NCBI GenBank assembly: GCA_001823535.1
Contig: MHUT01000012.1
Coordinates: 355-64,354, forward strand
DNA length: 64,000 bases
From: Candidatus Yonathbacteria bacterium RIFCSPHIGHO2_02_FULL_44_14
GTDB lineage: Bacteria > Patescibacteriota > Minisyncoccia > Phycocordibacterales > UBA1550
Direction: 5' to 3'
The notes under the pieces were generated by a model. It did not search any database and was not told where the DNA came from. It saw nothing but the letters and a program-made list of their open reading frames with translations. Positions within the stretch are counted from its first letter, which is position 1. The number at the start of each line of letters is the position of its first letter. This document shows, piece by piece, positions 46,153 to 55,359 of this stretch. A program made the position numbers and the translations under genes.

Positions 46153-46221
46153 CAAAATCAGTATAGCAAAAAACTCACCGCGAACGTAGTTCGCGGTGAG
46201 TTTTTTGCTATACTGATTTTG
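46153..46221. repeat. 33-bp perfect inverted repeat with a GTA loop (rplY terminator that also contains a promoter -10 box)
   Basis: CAAAATCAGTATAGCAAAAAACTCACCGCGAAC-GTA-GTTCGCGGTGAGTTTTTTGCTATACTGATTTTG. Confidence 0.9.
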
Positions 46222-46227
46222 GGGAAA

Positions 46228-46866
46228 TTACTCTGTGGGCGCCTCCTCCTCTTCCTTCTTGCCCTTCTTTTCAACTTCAATTGAAGCGAGGTCTATAACA
46301 GGAGCTTCTTCAACCTCTTCTTTTGCAACTGCGATAGCAGCAACAACATCAGTTCCGTGGGTTACGAGGGTCACACCTTTTGGAGGCACGATACTTTCTG
46401 CAAGAATTTGACTATCGAGCGCGACAAGCGGTGAAATATCGATAATGAAGCTATGGGGAAGATTTTCTGGTTGACCCTTCACTTCAACTTCATGAAGCAC
46501 TTTCACCAGTGACCCGCCAAGATCTTTCACGGCGCCTGAAATACCAGTAAACTCAAGTGGAATATTCACCGAAACTTCCTGTCCTTTCTCAAGAGCGTAG
46601 AAATCGACATGAATTGGCTGACCTTTGACTGGATCCACCTGAACCTCATGAATAAGTGCCGACACCTTTCCTTTTGGCATTTCAAGAGTTACCACAGCTG
46701 ATTCACCTACAGCTTTCCATACCTTCTTGAATTCGTTTAGAGCAAAGACACATGGAGTTGCCGCCTCTTTGTGTCCATAATAAACACCGGGAACAAAACC
46801 CTGTGCGCGAAGCGCAGCAAGTTTTGACTTTGGGTCCCTTGTTTCTCCTTTTAGAATGATGTTCAT
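46228..46866 (-). CDS. rplY: 50S ribosomal protein bL25 (CTC form)
   Basis: Motifs LRAQGFVPGVYYG and QVDPVKGQPIHVDFY. Confidence 0.95.
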   Translation of the reverse strand: MNIILKGETRDPKSKLAALRAQGFVPGVYYGHKEAATPCVFALNEFKKVWKAVGESAVVTLEMPKGKVSALIHEVQVDPVKGQPIHVDFYALEKGQEVSVNIPLEFTGISGAVKDLGGSLVKVLHEVEVKGQPENLPHSFIIDISPLVALDSQILAESIVPPKGVTLVTHGTDVVAAIAVAKEEVEEAPVIDLASIEVEKKGKKEEEEAPTE

Positions 46867-46956
46867 ATCGGGTTAGTATACGGATTTCAGGAGAAAATGC
46901 AAGACTTATACAGGAATTGCCTATAGATTTAGAAAGTGTGGTGTAATATTAGAATT

Positions 46957-47832
46957 TTACATTCCAGAAAAGAGGCGGAGACGCGCCTCAATAACCTTTT
47001 GCATTGCCTCAGTTGGTTCTTTCATTACTTTATATGGAGCGACCTCGTCTGGGTGTAGAGCGAGATATGAGGCGAGGGACTTCACGAATGCAACACGGAT
47101 TTCGGTGTTAATATGAACAAGGCTAATGCCCGCTTTAATGGCTTCTCGGAAATCCTCATCTGAAGTTCCTGACCCTCCGTGGAGCACGAGCGGTACGCCC
47201 GCTGCAGCGCGGACTTTGCGAATGCGCTCAATGTCCAAGCGTGGCTCAGGCGCATTCCTAAGCATGCCGTGCATGTTCCCTACCGCGGGCGCGAACAAAT
47301 CCACACCAGTCTCTTTTACAAAACGCTCTGCTTGCTCGGGTGAAGTAAGTGTTGAGTCGTCAAACTTCACACCCTCGGGGATTGCGTCAAGCACCTTTGA
47401 CGAAGTGCCAATGTAGCCAACCTCTGCCTCCACGAGCACATCTCTCACCGCAGAACGCGCGTAATCCACACATTCTTTTGTCTTCGCAATGTTCTCGTCG
47501 AGAGAAAGTTTTGCACCGTCAAAAATCACCGCGTCGAAACCCGCATCAATCGCTTCTTTTACGCGCTCAACCGAATACGTATGATCGGCATTTATAAAAA
47601 TCGGATATTGATATTCCTCGCGAATACTTTTTACAAGGGCGACTGCTTGTTTAACACCAACGAAGTCACGCTCGCCTTCTGAAAGCCCGACAATTACAGG
47701 CACATTGAGTGACTTTGCTGCGCGGAAGATCGCCCACAAACCCTCAAGGTTTGAAATATTAAAGTGCCCGACAGCGATATGTTTTGACTCTGCGTCGGCA
47801 ATAACTTCACGTAATGTTGGAATAGTGCTCAT
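46957..47832 (-). CDS. fba: Class II fructose-bisphosphate aldolase
   Basis: Motifs NADH, VGNMHG, LVLHGGSG and HINTE. Confidence 0.93.
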   Translation of the reverse strand: MSTIPTLREVIADAESKHIAVGHFNISNLEGLWAIFRAAKSLNVPVIVGLSEGERDFVGVKQAVALVKSIREEYQYPIFINADHTYSVERVKEAIDAGFDAVIFDGAKLSLDENIAKTKECVDYARSAVRDVLVEAEVGYIGTSSKVLDAIPEGVKFDDSTLTSPEQAERFVKETGVDLFAPAVGNMHGMLRNAPEPRLDIERIRKVRAAAGVPLVLHGGSGTSDEDFREAIKAGISLVHINTEIRVAFVKSLASYLALHPDEVAPYKVMKEPTEAMQKVIEARLRLFSGM

Positions 47833-47885
47833 GGTAATTTATTTTAGTAGTTAATATTATTTACTTTATGCGTGTACGGCGACTT

Positions 47886-49778
47886 CTAAATACTAGCATC
47901 TTTTACAATCAGGAATTCTTTAATTTTTGTAGCGTAGCGAGCATGAAGATACCCCACAATAAGTAGGACAACGCCAAGGAATATCATTGCGCTAATTCGA
48001 TATAGTCCTCCAAGTGACCACATGTCAACGAAGAACGTTTTAAATATAACGACAACGAATAGCACAATTGAGCCCACGCGGAGGCTAGCAGACCGCGCAT
48101 AAATACCGCCAACGAGAACCACTAGTGCATAAACTGCAAGATATACAGTGGTAAGGACCCCAGCAGTCTGAGTGTTTATAGTTGCTCTGCGAGCTAGGTC
48201 AGATATCTCTTGTGGACCCCAAATAGCAACTAGAACACCTCCAATTATTGCAAAAGTAGGTGCCCACGAGGTCGTAGTAAGCCCGAGAGACTGGTAGTAC
48301 ATTCGTATAGAATAAGCGCACACAAAGAATGAGCCTGCTGCGACAAAGTAAAGCACCGTACGATCATTAAACAAGAACTGTGCTTGATTGATCAGGCCTG
48401 ACATTACACCAAGGAAGTTTGCTGATGCCCAAGCTATCAATGGAATAATGAAATAGAATATATTTGAACGCAGATACGCACCCATCCATGCAACCACAGA
48501 TGCTTCCACAAACCATGAGGCAACTATCCATGTTTTACTATCGAATATAATTGGAAACACTAAAGACAACGAAAGAACTGCGAGCCCTGCTGGGATAATA
48601 AAAAGAGCTTTGTTTTCAGAACGAACAGTAGATCCAACCCAAGCGATTATAATATATACAATCGCAAGTATAAGCGGCACAAATCCTACGAGCTTCCCAT
48701 ATAATGGGTGCAACATGAAGTAACTTGCCCCGAGGTAACTGAGTGCATTAAAAACCATAAGCATGGCCTCTCCACCAGTAAATCTTTCTGCGCGAGTAGA
48801 CGAATAGTAGAACAATAATGTTGCAACGAGGAAGATTGCCCAGAAAATAGTGACGTATACTTCCGTGTTCCACAAAATATTTGCGTTGTAGACAAATGCG
48901 AACCACCACTGAAGATAAAGAAATGTACCGACGAAGCTTCCCAACATAATAGCCGACCATTTGCGATAATATGCGAGCCCAATAAGACCGAGGTCAAGAA
49001 CTAATACGTAGTTGAGTAGAAGATATGTGTCGGTATTTTGCATACCAAGTAGAAGTGGTGTAATAAAACCACCGAGCACACTGACTCCTGCAACCCATAT
49101 TTTGTCGTAGCGAACAGCCATGGCGACAGCGATACATGTTGTTATAATAAGAAGCAAAAGTCCTGTCTTTTGAGAAATTACGCCGTATATTCCGTACGCT
49201 CCATAGAAGGAAAGGTATAAAATACCCAATCCACCCCCAGTCAAAAATGATGCGTAGGATGCATACTTTTTATACAGAAAATCTCCAGCAAGAATGAACG
49301 CGAGCCCAAACACAGCTCCGAGGATAACGCGTCCCGCCTCATTGATAAGATTATTATCGAATGAGTATTTAATAAAAAATCCAACACCAAAAATAATAGC
49401 TAGCACACCTACAAGTGTGAGCCATTTGCCTCCTGCAGTAAAATCATGTTCCGCTTGGTCAACAGCAGCTGACCCCACTGACGCAGGCGATGGAGTTGAA
49501 GACAATTGTCCAGGCACACTAGCATACAGAGCATTCGAAATATTTTCGTATGCAGAGGCTGGCTTTACTGGAGCTGGGGCTTTGCTACTTGTTATTGAAC
49601 CCACAACGACAGTAAAGTCATCTTTAGTGATTACTCCTTTCTGGTCAATGATACGTGCAAGCGCTGAAATTTTACTAGACTCACTATTGCCAAAAATAGC
49701 CTTAACTCCTTTCACTAGCACATAAATCAGAGCCCCCCAGAATGCGACACTAAACAAAATACCCAAAAGAATACCCAT
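47886..49778 (-). CDS. DUF2339 polytopic membrane protein
   Basis: GGKWLTLVGVLAIIFGVGFFIKYSFDN...LGGFITP...VDMWSLGGLYRI. Confidence 0.85.
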   Translation of the reverse strand: MGILLGILFSVAFWGALIYVLVKGVKAIFGNSESSKISALARIIDQKGVITKDDFTVVVGSITSSKAPAPVKPASAYENISNALYASVPGQLSSTPSPASVGSAAVDQAEHDFTAGGKWLTLVGVLAIIFGVGFFIKYSFDNNLINEAGRVILGAVFGLAFILAGDFLYKKYASYASFLTGGGLGILYLSFYGAYGIYGVISQKTGLLLLIITTCIAVAMAVRYDKIWVAGVSVLGGFITPLLLGMQNTDTYLLLNYVLVLDLGLIGLAYYRKWSAIMLGSFVGTFLYLQWWFAFVYNANILWNTEVYVTIFWAIFLVATLLFYYSSTRAERFTGGEAMLMVFNALSYLGASYFMLHPLYGKLVGFVPLILAIVYIIIAWVGSTVRSENKALFIIPAGLAVLSLSLVFPIIFDSKTWIVASWFVEASVVAWMGAYLRSNIFYFIIPLIAWASANFLGVMSGLINQAQFLFNDRTVLYFVAAGSFFVCAYSIRMYYQSLGLTTTSWAPTFAIIGGVLVAIWGPQEISDLARRATINTQTAGVLTTVYLAVYALVVLVGGIYARSASLRVGSIVLFVVVIFKTFFVDMWSLGGLYRISAMIFLGVVLLIVGYLHARYATKIKEFLIVKDASI

Positions 49779-49879
49779 GAAAATATATTTATTAATTTAC
49801 TGCTTATAATGTACATTCTACCATAAATACCCGCCAATATGGTATACTCTCCTTATTAATCAAAGTAAGTAGACACATT

Positions 49880-50884
49880 ATGGAACAACTAGATTTTGTA
49901 GGAATAGGTGACACAGTCGTCGATGCTTTTATTCGCCTAAGAGAGGACCAGGCACATACCACAAACTGCAAAATTGACTCTGATGCGGCTGAAATCTGTA
50001 TGCCGTTCGGTGCAAAAATCCCATATGATTTTGTAAATGTGATTTATGCGGTTGGCAATAGTGCAAACGCTGCAGTCTCGGCATCACGCCTCGGTCTCAA
50101 GAGTGCTCTTATCACAAATCTCGGAAACGACGAGGATGGCGCAAAATGTCTCGCGGCTCTGAACAAGGAGGGAGTTAGCACTCAGTATATAAAACAGTAC
50201 GACAATCTCAAAACCAACTACCACTATGTGCTTTGGTATAGAGACGAACGAACGATTCTCATCAAGCATGAAGATTTCCCATACACACTCCCGCTCGGCG
50301 AGGTCGGACCACGATGGTTATACCTTTCGTCACTCAACGAAAAATCACTCGACTATCACCATGAAATTGCGCGGTACCTGGCCGCCCACCCTGAAACCAA
50401 GCTAGCTTTCCAGCCGGGAACATTTCAAATTAAGCTTGGGTCCGAGGCCCTGAAAGACTTGTACGCTCACACAGAAGTATTCTTTTGCAACGTTGAGGAA
50501 GCGCGCCTCATTTTAAAAACTGACGAAGCTGAGCCGAAAAACCTCGCGCACATGATGACTACCCTTGGACCAAAGATTTCTGTTATCACTGACGGACCAA
50601 GAGGCGCGTATGTGTTTGATGGTGCCGATGTGTGGTTTATGCCTGTGTATCCGGACCCAGCTCCTCCATACGACCGCACTGGAGCTGGTGACTCGTTTGC
50701 TTCCACGTTTATTGCAGCCCTTGCTCTTGGTAAAGAACCAAGCGAGGCAATAACTTGGGCTCCCATCAACTCGATGTCCGTTGTACAAAAAGTCGGCGCC
50801 CAAGAAGGGCTTCTTTCTCGCGAGGCGCTAGAAAATTTTCTTTCTAATGCGCCAGAAAATTACAAAGCAGTAAAACTTGATTAG
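49880..50884 (+). CDS. PfkB-family carbohydrate kinase
   Basis: Motifs VGNSANAAV, ITDGPRG and DRTGAGDSF. Confidence 0.92.
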   Translation: MEQLDFVGIGDTVVDAFIRLREDQAHTTNCKIDSDAAEICMPFGAKIPYDFVNVIYAVGNSANAAVSASRLGLKSALITNLGNDEDGAKCLAALNKEGVSTQYIKQYDNLKTNYHYVLWYRDERTILIKHEDFPYTLPLGEVGPRWLYLSSLNEKSLDYHHEIARYLAAHPETKLAFQPGTFQIKLGSEALKDLYAHTEVFFCNVEEARLILKTDEAEPKNLAHMMTTLGPKISVITDGPRGAYVFDGADVWFMPVYPDPAPPYDRTGAGDSFASTFIAALALGKEPSEAITWAPINSMSVVQKVGAQEGLLSREALENFLSNAPENYKAVKLD

Positions 50885-50885
50885 T

Positions 50886-50945
50886 ATAAAAAATCGCGCA
50901 AAAAAATACCGGCGTGTGTCGGTATTTTTTTGCGCGATTTTTTAT
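50886..50945. terminator. Bidirectional terminator, ~28-bp inverted repeat
   Basis: ATAAAAAATCGCGCAAAAAAATACCGGC-N4-GTCGGTATTTTTTTGCGCGATTTTTTAT. Confidence 0.8.
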
Positions 50946-50956
50946 TTGTAATTCCC

Positions 50957-53665
50957 CTAAAACTGCTGGTACTTCGCCTTGCAATCCTTTGGGCAAGTAA
51001 GGATTGTCTCCCCTGTGTCGCATGTGTTGTTACCGCAGGAGGTAGATTTTGGAGCGTTACAGGAAACAATGGCTCCCCCATTGAGTCCAGTACAATCCCA
51101 GTTCCAAGGGCCGGGACCGGTGACAGAAGAAGCAGTACCAATAGAGCATAGGTTTGTGGTTGGCTTTGTAGGTGTCGGAGTGCCGTTTGCTGTTCCACAG
51201 GAGCCAGAAATGACGTTTGTAAATGCGCTGCAGGTAGTGTTCGTGCCACCATTTACACCATTACAGCTCCATGACCATGGGCCAGTTGCGGCACCTAGTA
51301 CCGCGGTTGCAGTTCCAGCGGAGCAGAGGTTGGTGGTGGGAGCAGTAGAGAAGGTGTTGAGATTAGAGGAGCCACAGGTTCCGTTTATGGCGGCAGCGCT
51401 CGTCGTGAACATCCCGTCCGCTGAATATCCGGTGCCAGTGGTGTTTGTCGCGTAGCCACGATAGTAGTAGGTGGTGCCTGCAATCATGCCTGTTCTCGCT
51501 TGTGTGAAAATACCTGTTGTTACCCCTCCTTGAGCAACACAGTTTGTTGTCGGAGCTGGTGTTGTGCCAAAACACGTACCGCGGGCGGAGATTGATGCGG
51601 GTATTCCGAGCGAGGTTACGTTCGCTCCAAGCGTTGCCCCTGTTGCAGTAATAGAGGAGATTGTGGGGGTGGAAATGGTGGGAGCGGTGTTGGCGGGAGA
51701 AACAGCGACGGTGGTCCATGATGCACTGCAGTTGTTATTTTCATCTGATTCAGCAATGACACCACCACCAGCCGATGAAGTTTTGTCAGTGCAGGCACGG
51801 ACAGAATATGTTCCTGATGTGGTGAATGTGTATAAAGGCGAGGATGCAGGAAGGCTTGCTGAAATACCAAGTGCGGCCATTCCTACTGGAGCAAGGTCCG
51901 TTATTGTGCCACCGCCGTTTATTGCGGTAGCTACTTGAAAGAAGTTGGAGAAGTCTGCACCAGTAGACCCAGTTCCCGTGTTACTTATGGTTGCAGAGAA
52001 AGTGCCTGGGGTTCCTGCGGTTGGAGTGACGGGAGTGACCGCGCCCGCGATGAGGTCGGAGTCGGAAGGAGGTGTTACGGTAATCACGCGCGATTCACAA
52101 GTGGACCATGCGTTATTCGAATCTTTCACGCGGAAGTAGATAGTACGACCGGCACTGACGGATGGCGTGGCGAGATTGAAGAATGAGGCGGTCGAAAGGA
52201 GCGTCCCGGTACTGCAGTTTCCTTCACGCCATTCGTAGGCGGTGATGGAGTTGCCGCCAGTGCTGACTTTGGTCGTCGTGTTGTCACTAGCATTTGCTGT
52301 CCACATATTAGTTCCATCAAAGGCGATGTGATTTGGATTAGCCCCCGTTCCTGGGTAGGTTGTCATTACTCCTGCCGGAGAGATTCTGGTAACGCTATTA
52401 TTTCCCCAATTTGCTGTCCACATGTTCGTGCCATCAAAGGCAATACCTGTGGGTTTGGAGCCTGTTCCTAGGTACGTGGTCATCACTCCTGCGGGAGAAA
52501 TCTTTGTAACACTGTTGTTATTATAATTTGCTGTCCACATGTTAGTTCCATCAAAGGCAATACCGTATGGACCTGCTCCTGTTCCTGGATACGTGGTCAT
52601 CACTCCTGTGGGAGAGACCTTGGTGACGCTGTTGCCTCCCCAGCTCGTTGTCCACATGTTGGTTCCATCAAAAGCGATGCCCTCCGAAAGAAACCCTAGC
52701 CCATAATACGTGGTCATCACTCCTGTGGGAGAGATTTTTGTGACACTACTAGGACCATAGTCATTTAACCAATAATCATACCCATCATTTACGGTCCACA
52801 TATTAGCACCGTCGAAGGCAATCCCCCACGGGCCAGCCCCTGTTCCTGGATAATCAGTCATCACTCCTGATGGAGAAACTTTTGTAACGTTATCATTAAC
52901 ATAACCTGCTACCCACATATTGGTTCCATCAAAAGCAATACCGACAGGCAAGGCACCATTTGTTGTTGATAAATAGGGGGTTGTTGCTCCAGTTGGAGAA
53001 ATTTTGGCTACTCTGAAAGCATTGATATTCGAGCTTACCCACATATTGGTGCCATCAAAGGCGATCCCTGAGGGGTAAATTACTCCACCCACATTATAAG
53101 TTGTCATAACTCCGGCAGGTATTCCTCCACTAGCCACCCCCGTCCCGGAAAATACAACTGCCGTTCCTTGGGCGACCGATACGTTGTTGGTCGGGGTAAT
53201 AATCGAAGCAGTGGGGGCCGGAGCAGCAACCGTATAAGGCAAGAGTACTCCAGGTCCGCCCGTAATAGACTCAACGATTCCTTTTAAGGTGATATTATAC
53301 GACCCAGGTGTCAAAGGGGCGGTTGGTGACGTTAAGCAAAAACATGTCGTGAAGTCCCATACCAGGTCAGAGTACACAGTGGTGACAATTTGCCCACCCC
53401 AGAGACCAGCCATTGCAATATTAAAAAGTTTTCCTTCAACAATCGCATTTATACTAGGAAAATCATATAAAGAGACTGGGTAAATAGCAGTTATTGATCT
53501 ATTGAAATAGATATTCTCTCCAGGTGCATAAGTATCTTTATTTATACTAACACTATAATTAGCTTCGTTAATCTCAGTCCACGATATTGAACTCGCAAAT
53601 AAAGTACTCGGCACGAGTAGAACCAAAACGATAACTACAAAATTTGCGCGAATTAATTTGGTCAT
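50957..53665 (-). CDS. Large secreted/surface protein with a 7-repeat beta-propeller, CARDB/Ig-like domains and Cys-rich repeats
   Basis: Signal peptide; seven IAFDG(T/A)NMW repeats; CARDB-like IAESDENNN; two NG/SGxCG..N...PTTNLCS.G...WxWxC repeats. Confidence 0.85.
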   Translation of the reverse strand: MTKLIRANFVVIVLVLLVPSTLFASSISWTEINEANYSVSINKDTYAPGENIYFNRSITAIYPVSLYDFPSINAIVEGKLFNIAMAGLWGGQIVTTVYSDLVWDFTTCFCLTSPTAPLTPGSYNITLKGIVESITGGPGVLLPYTVAAPAPTASIITPTNNVSVAQGTAVVFSGTGVASGGIPAGVMTTYNVGGVIYPSGIAFDGTNMWVSSNINAFRVAKISPTGATTPYLSTTNGALPVGIAFDGTNMWVAGYVNDNVTKVSPSGVMTDYPGTGAGPWGIAFDGANMWTVNDGYDYWLNDYGPSSVTKISPTGVMTTYYGLGFLSEGIAFDGTNMWTTSWGGNSVTKVSPTGVMTTYPGTGAGPYGIAFDGTNMWTANYNNNSVTKISPAGVMTTYLGTGSKPTGIAFDGTNMWTANWGNNSVTRISPAGVMTTYPGTGANPNHIAFDGTNMWTANASDNTTTKVSTGGNSITAYEWREGNCSTGTLLSTASFFNLATPSVSAGRTIYFRVKDSNNAWSTCESRVITVTPPSDSDLIAGAVTPVTPTAGTPGTFSATISNTGTGSTGADFSNFFQVATAINGGGTITDLAPVGMAALGISASLPASSPLYTFTTSGTYSVRACTDKTSSAGGGVIAESDENNNCSASWTTVAVSPANTAPTISTPTISSITATGATLGANVTSLGIPASISARGTCFGTTPAPTTNCVAQGGVTTGIFTQARTGMIAGTTYYYRGYATNTTGTGYSADGMFTTSAAAINGTCGSSNLNTFSTAPTTNLCSAGTATAVLGAATGPWSWSCNGVNGGTNTTCSAFTNVISGSCGTANGTPTPTKPTTNLCSIGTASSVTGPGPWNWDCTGLNGGAIVSCNAPKSTSCGNNTCDTGETILTCPKDCKAKYQQF

Positions 53666-53949
53666 TTTTTAGTTTGCACTATAAAGAAATTGTGGCAGGC
53701 AAACTGGTATCGTGGGTCCGTAATGGTTGCGCATTCAGACTTCTTGCCTTTAGTAATAGTCTCCTGAAGCTGTTTTTGTAAAGCAAGCTCGTCAACAGCA
53801 GGAAGCGGCGGCATTTTTTCAAAATCTTTCGGTGTTAATTCTACGACTGGTGCTACTTGCTTACCTTTTTGTATATAAGTAGCAAATGTGACAACCCCTG
53901 CGATAATAAGAATGCTGATTAAGGTGATGAAGATTTTTTTGCTATTCAT
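53662..53949 (-). CDS. Hypothetical membrane-anchored protein coupled to the surface protein
   Basis: N-terminal TM helix; C-x10-C motif; its stop overlaps the next start (ATGA). Confidence 0.7.
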   Translation of the reverse strand: MNSKKIFITLISILIIAGVVTFATYIQKGKQVAPVVELTPKDFEKMPPLPAVDELALQKQLQETITKGKKSECATITDPRYQFACHNFFIVQTKK

Positions 53950-53992
53950 TATTACATTCTACCATTCTACTCCTAAAAAGGAAATCGGTTAA

Positions 53993-55348
53993 TTACTTCG
54001 TAACAGGAAATGAAATGATAAAGTCTGATCCTTTGCCCTTGATGGATTCCACATGAATCTCGCCACCCATATTTGAAACGACTTGATGAGCAATCCAAAG
54101 ACCGAGTCCAGTTCCGCGAATATCTTCTGTTTCCTTCGATTGCACGCGGAAAAACTTTCCGAAGAGTTTTTGCTGATCCTCTGCGGAGATTCCAATACCC
54201 GTGTCTCGAACGCGAATAAACACCATGCCATGTGACACCTCGGTAAATACTCTTACAGAACCTGTTGGCGTATACTTGATCGAGTTTCCAATAATATTCA
54301 CGAGTACTTGACGCAATTTTTCAGGATCGACAAAAATGTTGGGAACATCATTTTTTTCACAAGAAATGTCTAAGCCTTTTTGACGTGCGACCACAGAGAA
54401 CGACTCGACCACATTCTCAATGATAGGCGAAATATCCGTATTCTTCCGATTGAAAGTCATCTTTCCTTGCCCAAGGCGCACTACATCAAGTATGTCACCA
54501 ATAAGCGCATTCAATTGGTCAATAGAAGCAGTAATGCGGGATACATCTTTTTTTTCTTCATCTTTTAAATTCTTCGATTCGGCAAGCATATCGGCATGCC
54601 CCTTCACTATGGTTAGTGGCGTGCGAAGCTCGTGTGCCGCCATGGCAATAAAATCATCCTTCATTTGATCGACCTCCTTGAGTTTTCGATACAACACTGT
54701 GTAATCGATAATTTTTGCTTGACGCATAAGAAGGAACGAAATGGCAAGTACGATGAAAAAGAGATAGGTGTATGCGCTTTCAATATTTCTCTTGGCAACG
54801 TTATCTATTGTTGCCATAGAAACATCAATAAGCACAACGCCAGAAACCACCCCCGTGTCTACGCTGGGAATTGCACGCACGACTTTCCAGTGGCGTGCGC
54901 CATCAAGCCCTGAAACAGGAAATATTTTTGAACTATCAACACGAGCACCAGCCTCACGATAAAAAAACGCATTATCCTCATCAGCAGTTCCAATTTCATC
55001 CTTAGTAAGGGAGGCTATAATTTTTTGTTTCCCATTCTCAAAAACAACGATCTTAAATTCGCTGATAGATTCTTTGTTCTGGTCTCCCAGCCGTTCAATA
55101 ACACTTTGCAGGAATACCGGGTCATTTATTTTGAGAGCTGCAAGTTCCACAAAAATATCCTGTAGCACCCCTACACGCTCTTTCTCGAGTCTTTCCTGAT
55201 TCTCCTTTGCAACAGACAAGAAATTTTGCCCGCTTACGATAAACGCGGCAGGGATGATCACAATCAAAAAAATCGTGTAGATAATCTGGGGATTATTTTT
55301 TACAAACAGAAATCCATTTGAAAAAGTGTCGACGAGGCGTTTGAACAT
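53993..55348 (-). CDS. Membrane sensor histidine kinase
   Basis: Two TM helices; H-box AHELRTP; NIIGNSIKY, DTGIGI and GTGLGL. Confidence 0.95.
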   Translation of the reverse strand: MFKRLVDTFSNGFLFVKNNPQIIYTIFLIVIIPAAFIVSGQNFLSVAKENQERLEKERVGVLQDIFVELAALKINDPVFLQSVIERLGDQNKESISEFKIVVFENGKQKIIASLTKDEIGTADEDNAFFYREAGARVDSSKIFPVSGLDGARHWKVVRAIPSVDTGVVSGVVLIDVSMATIDNVAKRNIESAYTYLFFIVLAISFLLMRQAKIIDYTVLYRKLKEVDQMKDDFIAMAAHELRTPLTIVKGHADMLAESKNLKDEEKKDVSRITASIDQLNALIGDILDVVRLGQGKMTFNRKNTDISPIIENVVESFSVVARQKGLDISCEKNDVPNIFVDPEKLRQVLVNIIGNSIKYTPTGSVRVFTEVSHGMVFIRVRDTGIGISAEDQQKLFGKFFRVQSKETEDIRGTGLGLWIAHQVVSNMGGEIHVESIKGKGSDFIISFPVTK

Positions 55349-55359
55349 TTTTATTACTA

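Noticed and set aside
52255-53115. Regularly spaced DNA repeats (~117-nt period) as a possible CRISPR array
   Set aside because: The repeats are in frame inside a 902-aa ORF, vary at synonymous positions and encode propeller blades; there are no cas genes in the window.
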